From IMG/VR virus record IMGVR_UViG_2541047596_000003: 64,000 nt of DNA, one strand, 5' to 3'. Position numbers and translations under genes: made by a program. The notes below the pieces were generated by a model, which saw only the letters and a program-made list of their open reading frames with translations, did not search any database and was not told the DNA's origin. Origin of the DNA: a virus. Its lineage: Duplodnaviria; Heunggongvirae; Uroviricota; Caudoviricetes. Below are positions 41,627-50,537 of this stretch, one piece after another (position 1 is the first letter of the stretch; each line of letters opens with the position of its first letter).

Positions 41627-41884
41627 TTATTCCGGTTTACTGCCTTCGCGGGCGCAAAACTCCGCGATCTCACGGAAATCATGCACTATGCGATAAATAT
41701 ACAAACCAGCGGCGTTATTGATATAGCTAACATAAGCGAAATAAACTTTATCATCATCGCCAGTTATCGCCATTGCACCATCACCGCCCGGTGCGCCGTG
41801 AAGTTGAACGCCGCAATAGATCTTCCCTTCTTCAAATATATTGCGGTCGCGCGTCTGTATTAGCTCAAAATATAAATGTTTCAT
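41627..41884 (-). CDS. Hypothetical small protein, paralog family A (member 2)
   Basis: As above. Confidence 0.45.
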   Translation of the reverse strand: MKHLYFELIQTRDRNIFEEGKIYCGVQLHGAPGGDGAMAITGDDDKVYFAYVSYINNAAGLYIYRIVHDFREIAEFCAREGSKPE

Positions 41885-41893
41885 GCTTAACCC

Positions 41894-42109
41894 TCACCAC
41901 TTAACAAAACGCGCCATTACGCGATTATCAAAACTACCCTTAACAACCCCTTTCGCATGATCGCCGTAAAATTGCCACGCATCGCCGTCATTATCTTTTA
42001 CATAATGAATACCGCCCGCGCCGCGCTTGCACCCGTTAAGAAGGTCAACGCTATATAATTCCCCAACAGTAAAGCACACAGTGTCAGAATAAACGCACCT
42101 TGCAAACAT
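41894..42109 (-). CDS. Hypothetical small protein, paralog family A (member 1)
   Basis: As above. Confidence 0.45.
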   Translation of the reverse strand: MFARCVYSDTVCFTVGELYSVDLLNGCKRGAGGIHYVKDNDGDAWQFYGDHAKGVVKGSFDNRVMARFVKW

Positions 42110-42111
42110 AA

Positions 42112-42363
42112 TCAGAAAACCCCTTTATAATCGACCGTGTATTTTACCACCAATTTCCACTCGCTATAGTTTTCCATGTCGCGCGGCTGCCAGCCTTTCA
42201 TGCCTACAGCACTACGCGCAGCGTGGCGGCGATAATCGTCATTAAGATCGGCAATGCACCACGGTTGAAGGAAGAACATATAATTCGCTTCGTTAACCAG
42301 AATAGCCATCATCCGTCCAGTGGCCTTATCTTTCGCCCTGAAATAACTTACCTTGATTTTCAT
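42112..42363 (-). CDS. Hypothetical protein
   Basis: ORF-track ORF, operon strand, coupled. Confidence 0.4.
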   Translation of the reverse strand: MKIKVSYFRAKDKATGRMMAILVNEANYMFFLQPWCIADLNDDYRRHAARSAVGMKGWQPRDMENYSEWKLVVKYTVDYKGVF

Positions 42364-42575
42364 TTTAATACCTCGTCGATCAGCATTTCTTCTTCCAGGT
42401 TAGCCGGACGTTTACGGAATATCCCGGCAAAAACCAGGTCATCAAGTAGGTCTTTGCGTTTAAATAGCCACTCTTTCATTATTACCCCGTCATCGCTGCG
42501 ATATACGACGCCGTTTTTCAAAAAATAAAAAGTGCGGGTATTTGTTTGAAGGTATAAATCTTCGTAGACGTCCAT
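42360..42575 (-). CDS. Hypothetical protein
   Basis: ORF-track ORF, operon strand. Confidence 0.4.
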   Translation of the reverse strand: MDVYEDLYLQTNTRTFYFLKNGVVYRSDDGVIMKEWLFKRKDLLDDLVFAGIFRKRPANLEEEMLIDEVLK

Positions 42576-42579
42576 GATA

Positions 42580-42807
42580 TTAACCCTCGACTACTTGCAA
42601 GCCGCGCCCCTTATCGCCTACGAAGTCGCCCAGGCTAAACGTATATGACCACGCCGGGTTAATGTAGTAATCATCAGCACCGTGAGCGATAAGGTCTTTA
42701 CCCAAAATGACGCAGGTCACATCATCAGAATGAACAACGTCTACCGTTTCCCCTACCACGCGTTTTAATGATGGGTAGCCGTGATCGTGCAAGAATTTAA
42801 CTTTCAT
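42580..42807 (-). CDS. Hypothetical protein
   Basis: ORF-track ORF, operon strand. Confidence 0.4.
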   Translation of the reverse strand: MKVKFLHDHGYPSLKRVVGETVDVVHSDDVTCVILGKDLIAHGADDYYINPAWSYTFSLGDFVGDKGRGLQVVEG

Positions 42808-43091
42808 ATTTCTTTCCCTTTATAAGTAACAGCATCAGCGATCAACAATACCGCCAGCAATTCACCGTCATGTAACGGGTCTGGAATAGCAAAAAATATG
42901 TCGCTGTTTTTGTCCGGCACTACTACGCGCATATTTCCCTGTTTGTCTTCATGCACGAACCACGGCTTTTCGTGTGGCTCAAACATGCCGAAAAGTAATT
43001 TAAGATCTATTTCTTCACCCTTCGTGAATAACGACACATCAGTTGTAGTGATAACTAACGCTTTCTGATCTGCTGTTTTCTTCGCTCTCAT
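42804..43091 (-). CDS. Hypothetical protein
   Basis: ORF-track ORF, operon strand, coupled. Confidence 0.4.
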   Translation of the reverse strand: MRAKKTADQKALVITTTDVSLFTKGEEIDLKLLFGMFEPHEKPWFVHEDKQGNMRVVVPDKNSDIFFAIPDPLHDGELLAVLLIADAVTYKGKEI

Positions 43092-43321
43092 TCCTCTGTC
43101 TCCCAGCGGTCTATGCTGATTAAAAAGTCCCGGATAGCGTGTCGCTCGTCGCGCGTCGGTTTACGCTTCCGGTAAATTTTGAAATCGAACCATTCTTTTT
43201 CTTGTTCGAAGTCCAGATCGTAAGCAAGCGCCTCGATATATCCGCAGTCGTGATACTGGTAAGCCACGCCAGCACGAACAAAAAAGCGGGTTTTATCCCG
43301 CTTGTGTTCATAGATACGCAT
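43088..43321 (-). CDS. Hypothetical protein
   Basis: ORF-track ORF, operon strand, coupled. Confidence 0.4.
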   Translation of the reverse strand: MRIYEHKRDKTRFFVRAGVAYQYHDCGYIEALAYDLDFEQEKEWFDFKIYRKRKPTRDERHAIRDFLISIDRWETEE

Positions 43322-43331
43322 ATTTGCCCCA

Positions 43332-43562
43332 CTATGCAGTCGTGTAACTATCTACCAGCTTTTCATCCTTCATTCTGGCAAGCTGGGAGATATTCATCGT
43401 GTAGCCTTCATCAGAGAAAAGCCACTCCGCAGCCTTGCGACGAAAAGCTATATCATCATGGTTGCGCGTCCATGTAGCGATCACCACGCGCTTTCCATCA
43501 GTGGCAAACATGGTTAATTCGTTATCAACAACGTCGATAGCCTGCCAGATTTTTAGTTCCAT
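43332..43562 (-). CDS. Hypothetical protein
   Basis: ORF-track ORF, operon strand. Confidence 0.4.
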   Translation of the reverse strand: MELKIWQAIDVVDNELTMFATDGKRVVIATWTRNHDDIAFRRKAAEWLFSDEGYTMNISQLARMKDEKLVDSYTTA

Positions 43563-43918
43563 GATTTATCACCGTAGATCTTGAATAGTTCACACGCTTT
43601 CTGATCTTCAAATATATTCATATGCAGGTCACGCAGACGGCGCATTGTTCGGAATCGCGGTCTAAACTCCTGGCTCCGTTTAATGTATTTGCCGCCAATT
43701 GAATAAATATGCCCGTATGAATACCATCTATTCCCTACCCATATTTCATATTCTTTGCCTTCGTAATTGAATTTTATCGTTAGCTCGTCCACTTCAACTA
43801 TTAACCCTTTATCAATGATGCCATTAAGCATTTCGTCCCATTCTTTCAGGAATGGATGCTGATAAAAACCGAAAAGCGTATTTGCAGCGTGGCAAAGGTA
43901 ATCAATGATTATTTGCAT
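43553..43918 (-). CDS. Hypothetical protein (121 aa)
   Basis: ORF-track ORF, operon strand. Confidence 0.4.
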   Translation of the reverse strand: MQIIIDYLCHAANTLFGFYQHPFLKEWDEMLNGIIDKGLIVEVDELTIKFNYEGKEYEIWVGNRWYSYGHIYSIGGKYIKRSQEFRPRFRTMRRLRDLHMNIFEDQKACELFKIYGDKSWN

Positions 43919-44138
43919 ATTCCCACCTTCTCAATATGTAGTAAATGTTATCGTAAGCTATATTATCCGCATCTTCCTGTGTTATATGTCTGGCATCAAA
44001 AAAGAAATCAGCGTCGTGCCATACATGAAAAAGAAGTCGCGCGAATTGTCTGCGGCGGCGCTTACTGCGTGATAGTTCGTTAAATTCTATTAACGCTTTA
44101 TCATATGCTCTTATCATGCGCTTACGGTTACTTTTCAT
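43902..44138 (-). CDS. Hypothetical basic small protein, paralog family B
   Basis: MKSNRKRMIRAYDKALIEF... paralogous to the adjacent 44143-44343 product. Confidence 0.45.
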   Translation of the reverse strand: MKSNRKRMIRAYDKALIEFNELSRSKRRRRQFARLLFHVWHDADFFFDARHITQEDADNIAYDNIYYILRRWEYANNH

Positions 44139-44142
44139 ATTG

Positions 44143-44343
44143 TCACCACATCATATAGTAAACGTTATCATCTGCTAATTCGTCTGCGTCTCTTTGGCAG
44201 TCGATTGTCGCATCATCTTCGTGCCATTCTTTAGCAAATAAACGCGCCCATTTACGACGCTCACGTTTATTGTGCCGCAGGTCACTAAAAACCATTAAAG
44301 CCTTGTCGTAAGCTCTTACCAGGCGTTTCATTCTACTTTTCAT
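44143..44343 (-). CDS. Hypothetical basic small protein, paralog family B
   Basis: MKSRMKRLVRAYDKALMVF... tandem paralog. Confidence 0.45.
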   Translation of the reverse strand: MKSRMKRLVRAYDKALMVFSDLRHNKRERRKWARLFAKEWHEDDATIDCQRDADELADDNVYYMMW

Positions 44344-44549
44344 TTTTCACCCTTCCTTAATTCCTTAATTTCAATATTGCGTAACCGGACGTCGCACGGC
44401 GTTTCAGATTTACCAGTAAGCGCCAGCGTCAGGTTTTCAGGTGTCGTGTAAAGAATTATCTCTTTACCAGTGCTAAATTTAATTTCTATGCGGATCTCGT
44501 TTTCATCACCGCACAATACGCGGCTAATTGACAGGCCAGCTTTTTTCAT
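44340..44549 (-). CDS. Hypothetical protein
   Basis: ORF-track ORF, operon strand, coupled. Confidence 0.4.
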   Translation of the reverse strand: MKKAGLSISRVLCGDENEIRIEIKFSTGKEIILYTTPENLTLALTGKSETPCDVRLRNIEIKELRKGEK

Positions 44550-44562
44550 TGCTCAACAAACC

Positions 44563-44862
44563 TTAAAATCTGTATTGCCAGTAAATATCACACTTTATTG
44601 CAAATACCTTCACCGGATCAGGGCCGAATAGTGGATGTTGAATCAACTTGATTTCGTACCCCATGTAAGGCAATACGATAATCCGGTCTTTCTCATCATC
44701 CGATGGATAACCCCATTTAATGATTAATCTTGTGTACTCCCGCCCCTCCAGGCGTTTACGCCAGTATTCATTGTAAAGCCGGTATTCTTCCACCTTCTTT
44801 CCCGCCCGGATGGCGTGGAAGTATTCACCTTTTAAATTCAAATGTAAGTGTTTATTTGCCAT
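44563..44862 (-). CDS. Putative ASCH/DUF3850-like protein (99 aa)
   Basis: N-terminus H..L...YF.AI..GKK..E.R resembles ASCH-type fold signatures; assignment from memory only. Confidence 0.4.
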   Translation of the reverse strand: MANKHLHLNLKGEYFHAIRAGKKVEEYRLYNEYWRKRLEGREYTRLIIKWGYPSDDEKDRIIVLPYMGYEIKLIQHPLFGPDPVKVFAIKCDIYWQYRF

Positions 44863-45121
44863 CGCTATGATCCTGTAAACAGTCGTTATAGCCTTCGATG
44901 TATCCGGTTAATCCTGTGTTACTTACTGACCAATCAGCCGAACGGCGCTTGATGGCCTTGTCCATAGTCATCTCGTCACCTGGCCCGCCTGGCTCGATGT
45001 ATTTTCTTAAATCCCTTACTATCCACGCCCTTAATTGTTGCGTATCACTGCACACACGCGCCGTTAATGTCAGATTATTAACCAGCTTTGCGAATAGATG
45101 TTCTTTTAATTTAGGCTTCAT
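44852..45121 (-). CDS. Hypothetical protein
   Basis: ORF-track ORF, operon strand. Confidence 0.4.
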   Translation of the reverse strand: MKPKLKEHLFAKLVNNLTLTARVCSDTQQLRAWIVRDLRKYIEPGGPGDEMTMDKAIKRRSADWSVSNTGLTGYIEGYNDCLQDHSDGK

Positions 45122-45311
45122 CCTTCACCTCGCGACGATAGATTTCTACTGGCTTAACCGGAATAGCGTTAAAATCCCCTTCATCCAGTGCGGCAATAAA
45201 CGTTAGCGCCAACCGTGCTTCAACACCGCTTAAATACTTGCACCATGCCTCACCGTTATAATCTTCAAAAAGAATAATCACTTTTTTCATGTTTATCTCT
45301 TGTTGTTTCAT
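45111..45311 (-). CDS. Hypothetical protein
   Basis: Start overlaps stop of the Cys-rich Q-like gene. Confidence 0.4.
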   Translation of the reverse strand: MKQQEINMKKVIILFEDYNGEAWCKYLSGVEARLALTFIAALDEGDFNAIPVKPVEIYRREVKDEA

Positions 45312-46039
45312 TATTCACCCCGTGTCACTCGTTTAATTTCGTTATCAGCCCGCGCCTCTTCTTTGAACAATTCAGTAATGGCGTCTTCATAGAAAGCACG
45401 GTATTTCTTCCACCACGTTGATCGGCTTACCGGAAATACAAGCTGATTAACCGCACGCCGGACAAGATCTACAGGGAAACGCGAGTACCCGCGCCCGCCG
45501 CAGTGCTGGCACGTTTTGAATACTGGCATTTCCGCCGCTTCGCTGGCTGCTTTATCCGGTACTTCGCCACGCCCCTTGCACCTCTGGCAATGGTTTTTAA
45601 CGTAGCCTTTGCCGTTGCACCGCGAGCAAACTGTCGATGTGTATTCACAATATGGATTCGGTAAAAGCCCGTTACCTCCGCACTTAGGGCAAACCTTTTC
45701 GGTAGCCGCACTTTGGCAGTAATCCCGAAACGCGAAAACGGCAACAAGAATAATAAGATCATTGCGTTGTTCTTCATTTAATTCCATCACGTATTCGTAA
45801 TCTTTCGCCATAGCCCTTAAACGCTCTGTAAGCAAAATTACGGCCCTGTGTTTTTCAGCTTGCGATAGCTCCATTTTCCCTAAAAAAGCACTATAGCCAA
45901 GCTCTACGCGCGATTGCGCCATACCAGCGGCGGTAAGCGCATCCGTCGTATTAAGTGCATCCGGGGATGTTCCCCGGCTTTCGTCTGATAATCGCGGTGA
46001 TTTGGGAAAGTGGAATTTCAGAATGGATTCTAAATTCAT
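45311..46039 (-). CDS. Cys-rich protein with four CxxCxGxG zinc-finger motifs; possible Q-type antiterminator (242 aa)
   Basis: CPKCGGNG, CSRCNGKG, CQRCKGRG, CQHCGGRG; position just downstream of rusA as in lambdoid nin-Q regions. Confidence 0.45.
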   Translation of the reverse strand: MNLESILKFHFPKSPRLSDESRGTSPDALNTTDALTAAGMAQSRVELGYSAFLGKMELSQAEKHRAVILLTERLRAMAKDYEYVMELNEEQRNDLIILVAVFAFRDYCQSAATEKVCPKCGGNGLLPNPYCEYTSTVCSRCNGKGYVKNHCQRCKGRGEVPDKAASEAAEMPVFKTCQHCGGRGYSRFPVDLVRRAVNQLVFPVSRSTWWKKYRAFYEDAITELFKEEARADNEIKRVTRGE

Positions 46040-46221
46040 TATTTGCCCCCATAGCGAGCAATAAGGCGTTTGCGATCAGAAATGGTTTGCACCAGTTTTC
46101 TTTCAAGCTCTTTCAGCGCAAGTAATTCCTGCATGTGAAAAGCCTGGATTCGTCTGACTGTCGCTAAATCATGCTCGTCACGTTGAACATCTATTTGCAG
46201 ATCTTTAATTTCGTTTTTCAT
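46039..46221 (-). CDS. Hypothetical small coiled-coil protein (60 aa)
   Basis: ORF coupled between rusA and the Cys-rich gene. Confidence 0.4.
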   Translation of the reverse strand: MKNEIKDLQIDVQRDEHDLATVRRIQAFHMQELLALKELERKLVQTISDRKRLIARYGGK

Positions 46222-46625
46222 TGCTCACCCCACATATTAGTCGCATATTCGTTAATATCCGGTAGCAGGTCGCCGCGTTCGCATACCTTAATAAACAATC
46301 GCCCGCCTTTTACCTTCCGGCAGCGGACAATTTTTATTGAGTCGATTTGCCCATCATCATTCCAGAATCCGGCACAAGTAAGGCTGTCAAAAAGGCATTT
46401 TGGGATATTATCAAGATCTCTGACCCGGTTATCCGGCGGCGCGGCATAAATGGCGATTGCCAGTCGGCAAGATAGGTTAATGTCTAAATTTAATAATTCG
46501 ATGATGTCTTTTACTTGTTCCCGGTATTCCTTCCCCACTTCGCTGATATAGTGAAAACCTCGTGAATGTCGGTAATATCGGTTATTAGATGGCGGGTAAG
46601 GTAGGCTAAATGTATACTCGTTCAT
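46218..46625 (-). CDS. rusA: Holliday junction resolvase RusA-like (135 aa)
   Basis: PYPPSNNRYYRH motif and D..D.....K..FD.L....FW.DD pattern as in RusA. Confidence 0.8.
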   Translation of the reverse strand: MNEYTFSLPYPPSNNRYYRHSRGFHYISEVGKEYREQVKDIIELLNLDINLSCRLAIAIYAAPPDNRVRDLDNIPKCLFDSLTCAGFWNDDGQIDSIKIVRCRKVKGGRLFIKVCERGDLLPDINEYATNMWGEQ

Positions 46626-47227
46626 GCTGCCTTTCTCCTTAAGGCGTCCAATTTTGCCTGATAGATGTTTATTAGCTCCTTACATTCTGCGATCGTCCAT
46701 TTATGCGTATCATTGTTGTTCTCCAGAGCTACCACCCTGGCGAGGCCAATTTTTCGAATCAGCGCCGGGCGATACCCTCCGATGTTGCCGTCTAGTGTCT
46801 GGTTGCAGTGCCTACATTGCTTATGGCAATTATCCTCGTTGAAGCGAAGGTGTCCGGCGGCGGCTACCGTCCTGTAATGACCTGCATCCCACCCGCATTG
46901 CTCACCGTAGTAAGTCCCGCAAGATATACACGGCAAGCGCGCGTCACGTTCGCGAATATAGGCGTTAAATACATTTTGAACTTGTTTGATCCAATAACTA
47001 CGCGGATTTAACTGTTTACGCTTCCGGTTGCGTTCTTCCCTCTGGCTATCACGGCGTTTCTTCCGCTCCATAGCCTTCATAGCCTTCTCACGGTCGCGGC
47101 ATAGCTGGTCAAACTTCAGTTCTTCCAGACATTCATCGCTGCACCACGTTTGATTGTGATATTTAGGCTCAAAAAAAACGCCGCAGCATTTGCAACGGCG
47201 TCTTATGGGTTTTTTAGGGTTTTGCAT
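46622..47227 (-). CDS. ninG: NinG-like protein
   Basis: Strong similarity to recalled lambda NinG (RRRCK..C...F, PRSYWIKQ, LPCISCGT, WDAGHYRT.AAA..LRFNE.N.HKQC); start at internal ATG 47227 with GGGGTGG RBS. Confidence 0.8.
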   Translation of the reverse strand: MQNPKKPIRRRCKCCGVFFEPKYHNQTWCSDECLEELKFDQLCRDREKAMKAMERKKRRDSQREERNRKRKQLNPRSYWIKQVQNVFNAYIRERDARLPCISCGTYYGEQCGWDAGHYRTVAAAGHLRFNEDNCHKQCRHCNQTLDGNIGGYRPALIRKIGLARVVALENNNDTHKWTIAECKELINIYQAKLDALRRKAA

Positions 47228-47241
47228 AAAAACCACCCCGA

Positions 47242-47418
47242 TTATTTTTGATTCTCTGTTTCGTTCAGCCTTTCGGCGTGTCCGGCCCTTAGCCAATGTT
47301 CTAAGCATTCGTTGCACTCGTTACAGCCTCCTTTCTTCGTGCTGCATACATTGCACATTGCACGCATAACGCTTTCTCGTTCATAGTCGTCATGCCATTG
47401 GTAATCATCAAAAGACAT
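47242..47418 (-). CDS. NinF-like small CxxC protein (58 aa)
   Basis: ATG 47418 with AAGGAGAG RBS; Cys-rich; position immediately upstream of ninG. Confidence 0.45.
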   Translation of the reverse strand: MSFDDYQWHDDYERESVMRAMCNVCSTKKGGCNECNECLEHWLRAGHAERLNETENQK

Positions 47419-47577
47419 AATGCTCTCTCCTTTTCAGGTGATTTCTACGCATTTCAGCGCTGCCGGATTTTTAAAGAGCATTTTGTTTGCTTGAAGTATA
47501 CAAAATGGATACACCAGAACAAGGCGAAAAGCGCCATTATGTGATCCACATCACGCAATGACGCCATTTTGTAAATT

Positions 47578-48336
47578 TCAGTCCGATAAAACGCGGTCAT
47601 GGTTAGCCAGGAATACAGCACGGGCAAAGCCACGCGGTGTTAGTGAGCGGATCATCTTTGTTCGTTTCGTCCTGCCTCCGGTTTTCGCCCACCCAGGGTT
47701 ATCACCAGAGTTAAGATCTACAGGTCTAAAAAGCGGCTGCCTGAATCCGTTGCCGCACCATATGCAAGTTTTCTTCGTGTACGCGTCGCGCGGTGGGTAA
47801 ACATCAGGGAAAGCAGGATGCTTGTCATCTTCCGGCAGGTAGCCACCGTAAGCGCAAGGATTGAAGATAAAATCCGGTTTACGCCATAGCGTTGACAGCA
47901 CACCAACAGGATTCTCCACCATCCACGGCACGTTATACATGTTAGCCAGAGATTCAACCAACATTGCGTTTCTTGCCGCCCTATTCTGAAAACAAGGATC
48001 TTTCCTGTATTTATCAACGAACCAGCGAGCGCCTGACACAGCGAGATCGTCGCATGGAGGAAAGCCCAGGATAATGTCAGGCTCTGGATAAACAGACAAT
48101 TCAGGGGAGAACATTACCAGGAAATGGCTATCAATCCAGACGTTAACGTATTCAATATTTGGATGAATGATTTTAACGCCTTCATAATCTCCGTGATTTG
48201 CGCCGTCATAGTTGAAGCAATAGCACTTATATCCAGCTTCCGCCCAATCTTTAACGGCGTACCCGCTGCCGTCGTACAGCGACCACACCACCCAACTTCT
48301 AAGCCAATTATTTAACCAATGTTTAGCCCTGCTCAT
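47578..48336 (-). CDS. Putative DNA cytosine-5 methyltransferase-like protein (252 aa)
   Basis: GFPPCDD (PC-motif-like) and MVENPVG (ENV motif); shorter than canonical Dcm. Confidence 0.5.
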   Translation of the reverse strand: MSRAKHWLNNWLRSWVVWSLYDGSGYAVKDWAEAGYKCYCFNYDGANHGDYEGVKIIHPNIEYVNVWIDSHFLVMFSPELSVYPEPDIILGFPPCDDLAVSGARWFVDKYRKDPCFQNRAARNAMLVESLANMYNVPWMVENPVGVLSTLWRKPDFIFNPCAYGGYLPEDDKHPAFPDVYPPRDAYTKKTCIWCGNGFRQPLFRPVDLNSGDNPGWAKTGGRTKRTKMIRSLTPRGFARAVFLANHDRVLSD

Positions 48337-48878
48337 TTTCTACCCTCAAACGTGAAATAGCGGCGCATAATGATGGTGATCACCGTTACCGCTGCCATTT
48401 TTGAGATGAATTGCATAGCTGATATTTCCGGCATAAACGCCATAAACGATAGCGTAGGAAAAATTAACGCATCACCAATGGCGGACGCTATATTTGCAGG
48501 CCAACGTTTAGAATCAAAGCCACCAGGCAAAACCCGGTAAACGCCGCCAGAAATAAGTGCACCGGAAACAACCGCAACGAATGACGCGATCGCCACCATT
48601 CCGGCGTCGTAATTTATCAGCACCGTGATTGCGCCAGCGGCGGCGCATGTTGTAGCCGACCATTTCAGGCCGCCGTCATATAACAGGAGGTCACGGATCA
48701 TCATATTGACACACACGGCGGCTACCGTGGTGATCGGAATTACCCACGGGCCGCAATGATTAACAATAAGATTGATGATCACAAAAACGGCGACATAAAC
48801 GCAGGCTAATAACCTGTCAATTGTCACCCTTTCCATTTTTATGATACCCCGCCGCGCGTAATAGCGATTCGTTGTCAA
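48333..48878 (-). CDS. Polytopic membrane protein (181 aa)
   Basis: Several hydrophobic helices; coupled to methyltransferase gene. Confidence 0.45.
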   Translation of the reverse strand: MTTNRYYARRGIIKMERVTIDRLLACVYVAVFVIINLIVNHCGPWVIPITTVAAVCVNMMIRDLLLYDGGLKWSATTCAAAGAITVLINYDAGMVAIASFVAVVSGALISGGVYRVLPGGFDSKRWPANIASAIGDALIFPTLSFMAFMPEISAMQFISKMAAVTVITIIMRRYFTFEGRK

Positions 48879-48920
48879 ACTTCACATCAAGCCGATTAGT
48901 AATCTCACCACCGTTAAACA

Positions 48921-49328
48921 TCACAGGTGGGATTGCCCCGGTACAATAGATGGTTCTGGTCCGGCAAGGTCAGCAAAAGTTTTCTTCAATCCACCGATAG
49001 GGAGATCAAAAACGCCCTGTTTTTTCTTTTGCTCTTCCTCCCGCTCCGTTAATATTTGCTCAGCTTTTAGCGCGTTATAGCTAATTAAATCAATTAGTGT
49101 GTCTGTCGGATCGCTGTTATTGCTCAAAATAGCCTCTAAACGCGCCTCCTTGAGACAAATTAGCAGATCCCATACATCAAGCGTGGTTAAATCTGCCCCC
49201 TTCTTAGCGTTGTAAATAGTGGCTATTTTTGGCGCTGATTTTTCCTCTTTTTTGTCGTAGCCGTTTTGCTTACCTCTTTGCTCTATGGTTTCTGCTGCAA
49301 GTCTTAATAAATCTGCTGCCTTAGTCAT
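48921..49328 (-). CDS. Hypothetical protein (135 aa)
   Basis: ORF overlapping the Dam-like gene stop. Confidence 0.4.
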   Translation of the reverse strand: MTKAADLLRLAAETIEQRGKQNGYDKKEEKSAPKIATIYNAKKGADLTTLDVWDLLICLKEARLEAILSNNSDPTDTLIDLISYNALKAEQILTEREEEQKKKQGVFDLPIGGLKKTFADLAGPEPSIVPGQSHL

Positions 49329-49869
49329 TATTTGCGCCTCTCGCGTATAGCTCTTTACGTGTTATCTGCGTGAAAATACATTCATGTCTGCATCGTGGAT
49401 GCCAGATCAAGAACAAGCTCCCCTTATTGTTCCCGCTTACTGGTTTCCCTGTTGCAGCATTGATAAACGCCAGCCGCCCGCGCGTGATTAATCGGCATTC
49501 GTTTGCCGTCTCCACGCCGTTCATAAACCAGCTAACAGAAATGTCAGCGGGCAATAGCATTACACAGCCAATGTGATTTCGTTGATGTTCAAGCGCCGCC
49601 TTATCAACGAATGGTCCCGGATTAGAATATGGCGGATTCATCCAGACATACTCACCAGGCATCGCCACCGCTCCCCACGGATAATGGAGCGTGTCCATTT
49701 CTTCGGTTATATATCGCGGGATTAATGCGTTTTCCTTGTTTGCCGCCACATCCGCGACGAACTCGAATTCCCGATCCATTCCTCTAAAAACGGGTTTTGG
49801 CGTTTGCCATAAGTCTTTTATTTCTTTCGGCGTATGGCTGCCGCCGTAATCATTTTTCATTACGTCCAC
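49321..49869 (-). CDS. Phage DNA N6-adenine methyltransferase (Dam-like, 182 aa)
   Basis: NPPY catalytic motif (WMNPPYS) and overall resemblance to phage Dam family. Confidence 0.72.
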   Translation of the reverse strand: MDVMKNDYGGSHTPKEIKDLWQTPKPVFRGMDREFEFVADVAANKENALIPRYITEEMDTLHYPWGAVAMPGEYVWMNPPYSNPGPFVDKAALEHQRNHIGCVMLLPADISVSWFMNGVETANECRLITRGRLAFINAATGKPVSGNNKGSLFLIWHPRCRHECIFTQITRKELYARGANND

Positions 49870-50103
49870 CTAGAAATAATCCTGTTCCGTTCCCCAGCGG
49901 TTATTCAGATACCCCACCAACCACACAAAACGCTCAATACTGATTAGCGGGGCGACCTTGCGATAATGCTTATCTAATATCAGCCGCGTGGCTTTATCGC
50001 TGTATCCGTTCTTTTCTACCTCCGCCTTGCAGGCCGAAAGCGCGGCGCGGGCGGCAGTCTTTACGGCGTTAAATTGCGGCTCTGACAGGTTAAATAAAGC
50101 CAT
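49870..50103 (-). CDS. Hypothetical protein
   Basis: ORF-track ORF trimmed to internal ATG adjacent to upstream stop. Confidence 0.35.
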   Translation of the reverse strand: MALFNLSEPQFNAVKTAARAALSACKAEVEKNGYSDKATRLILDKHYRKVAPLISIERFVWLVGYLNNRWGTEQDYF

Positions 50104-50104
50104 T

Positions 50105-50347
50105 TTATAAATCATCAGTAGAATCAGCGAAAAAGAACCCAACAAATACACTAACAGCAATAATAACCCTTAATATATAAAGCGCATCATCAGGTGATGG
50201 AATTTCTGGTAGCTCCCATGTAACAAACGACACACCACATAAAATTCCAATAAAAACCGTAGCTATACATGAGAATACGAAAAAAGAACAAAATAACCAT
50301 CCAATAATGAAGTCAATAATTGCACGCATCATTTTAAACGTCCTCAA
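50105..50347 (-). CDS. Small membrane protein (80 aa)
   Basis: Two to three hydrophobic helices. Confidence 0.4.
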   Translation of the reverse strand: MRTFKMMRAIIDFIIGWLFCSFFVFSCIATVFIGILCGVSFVTWELPEIPSPDDALYILRVIIAVSVFVGFFFADSTDDL

Positions 50348-50537
50348 TTACCCCGCCTTTCACGCGCTCTTTAATATCCCATACGTGAGGCTTGCATATT
50401 TCTTGATAGTAGCGATCCGGCCTGCTGCCGAAATACCATTTGCCATCCATATAAAAATAAACGCCAGAAACATTTCCTGGCGCTGCCTTTGTTGCTGCTT
50501 CTGGAATTTTCCATTCCATGTAATGTTTAAATTTCAT
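50334..50537 (-). CDS. Hypothetical protein
   Basis: ORF-track ORF, operon strand. Confidence 0.4.
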   Translation of the reverse strand: MKFKHYMEWKIPEAATKAAPGNVSGVYFYMDGKWYFGSRPDRYYQEICKPHVWDIKERVKGGVIEDV

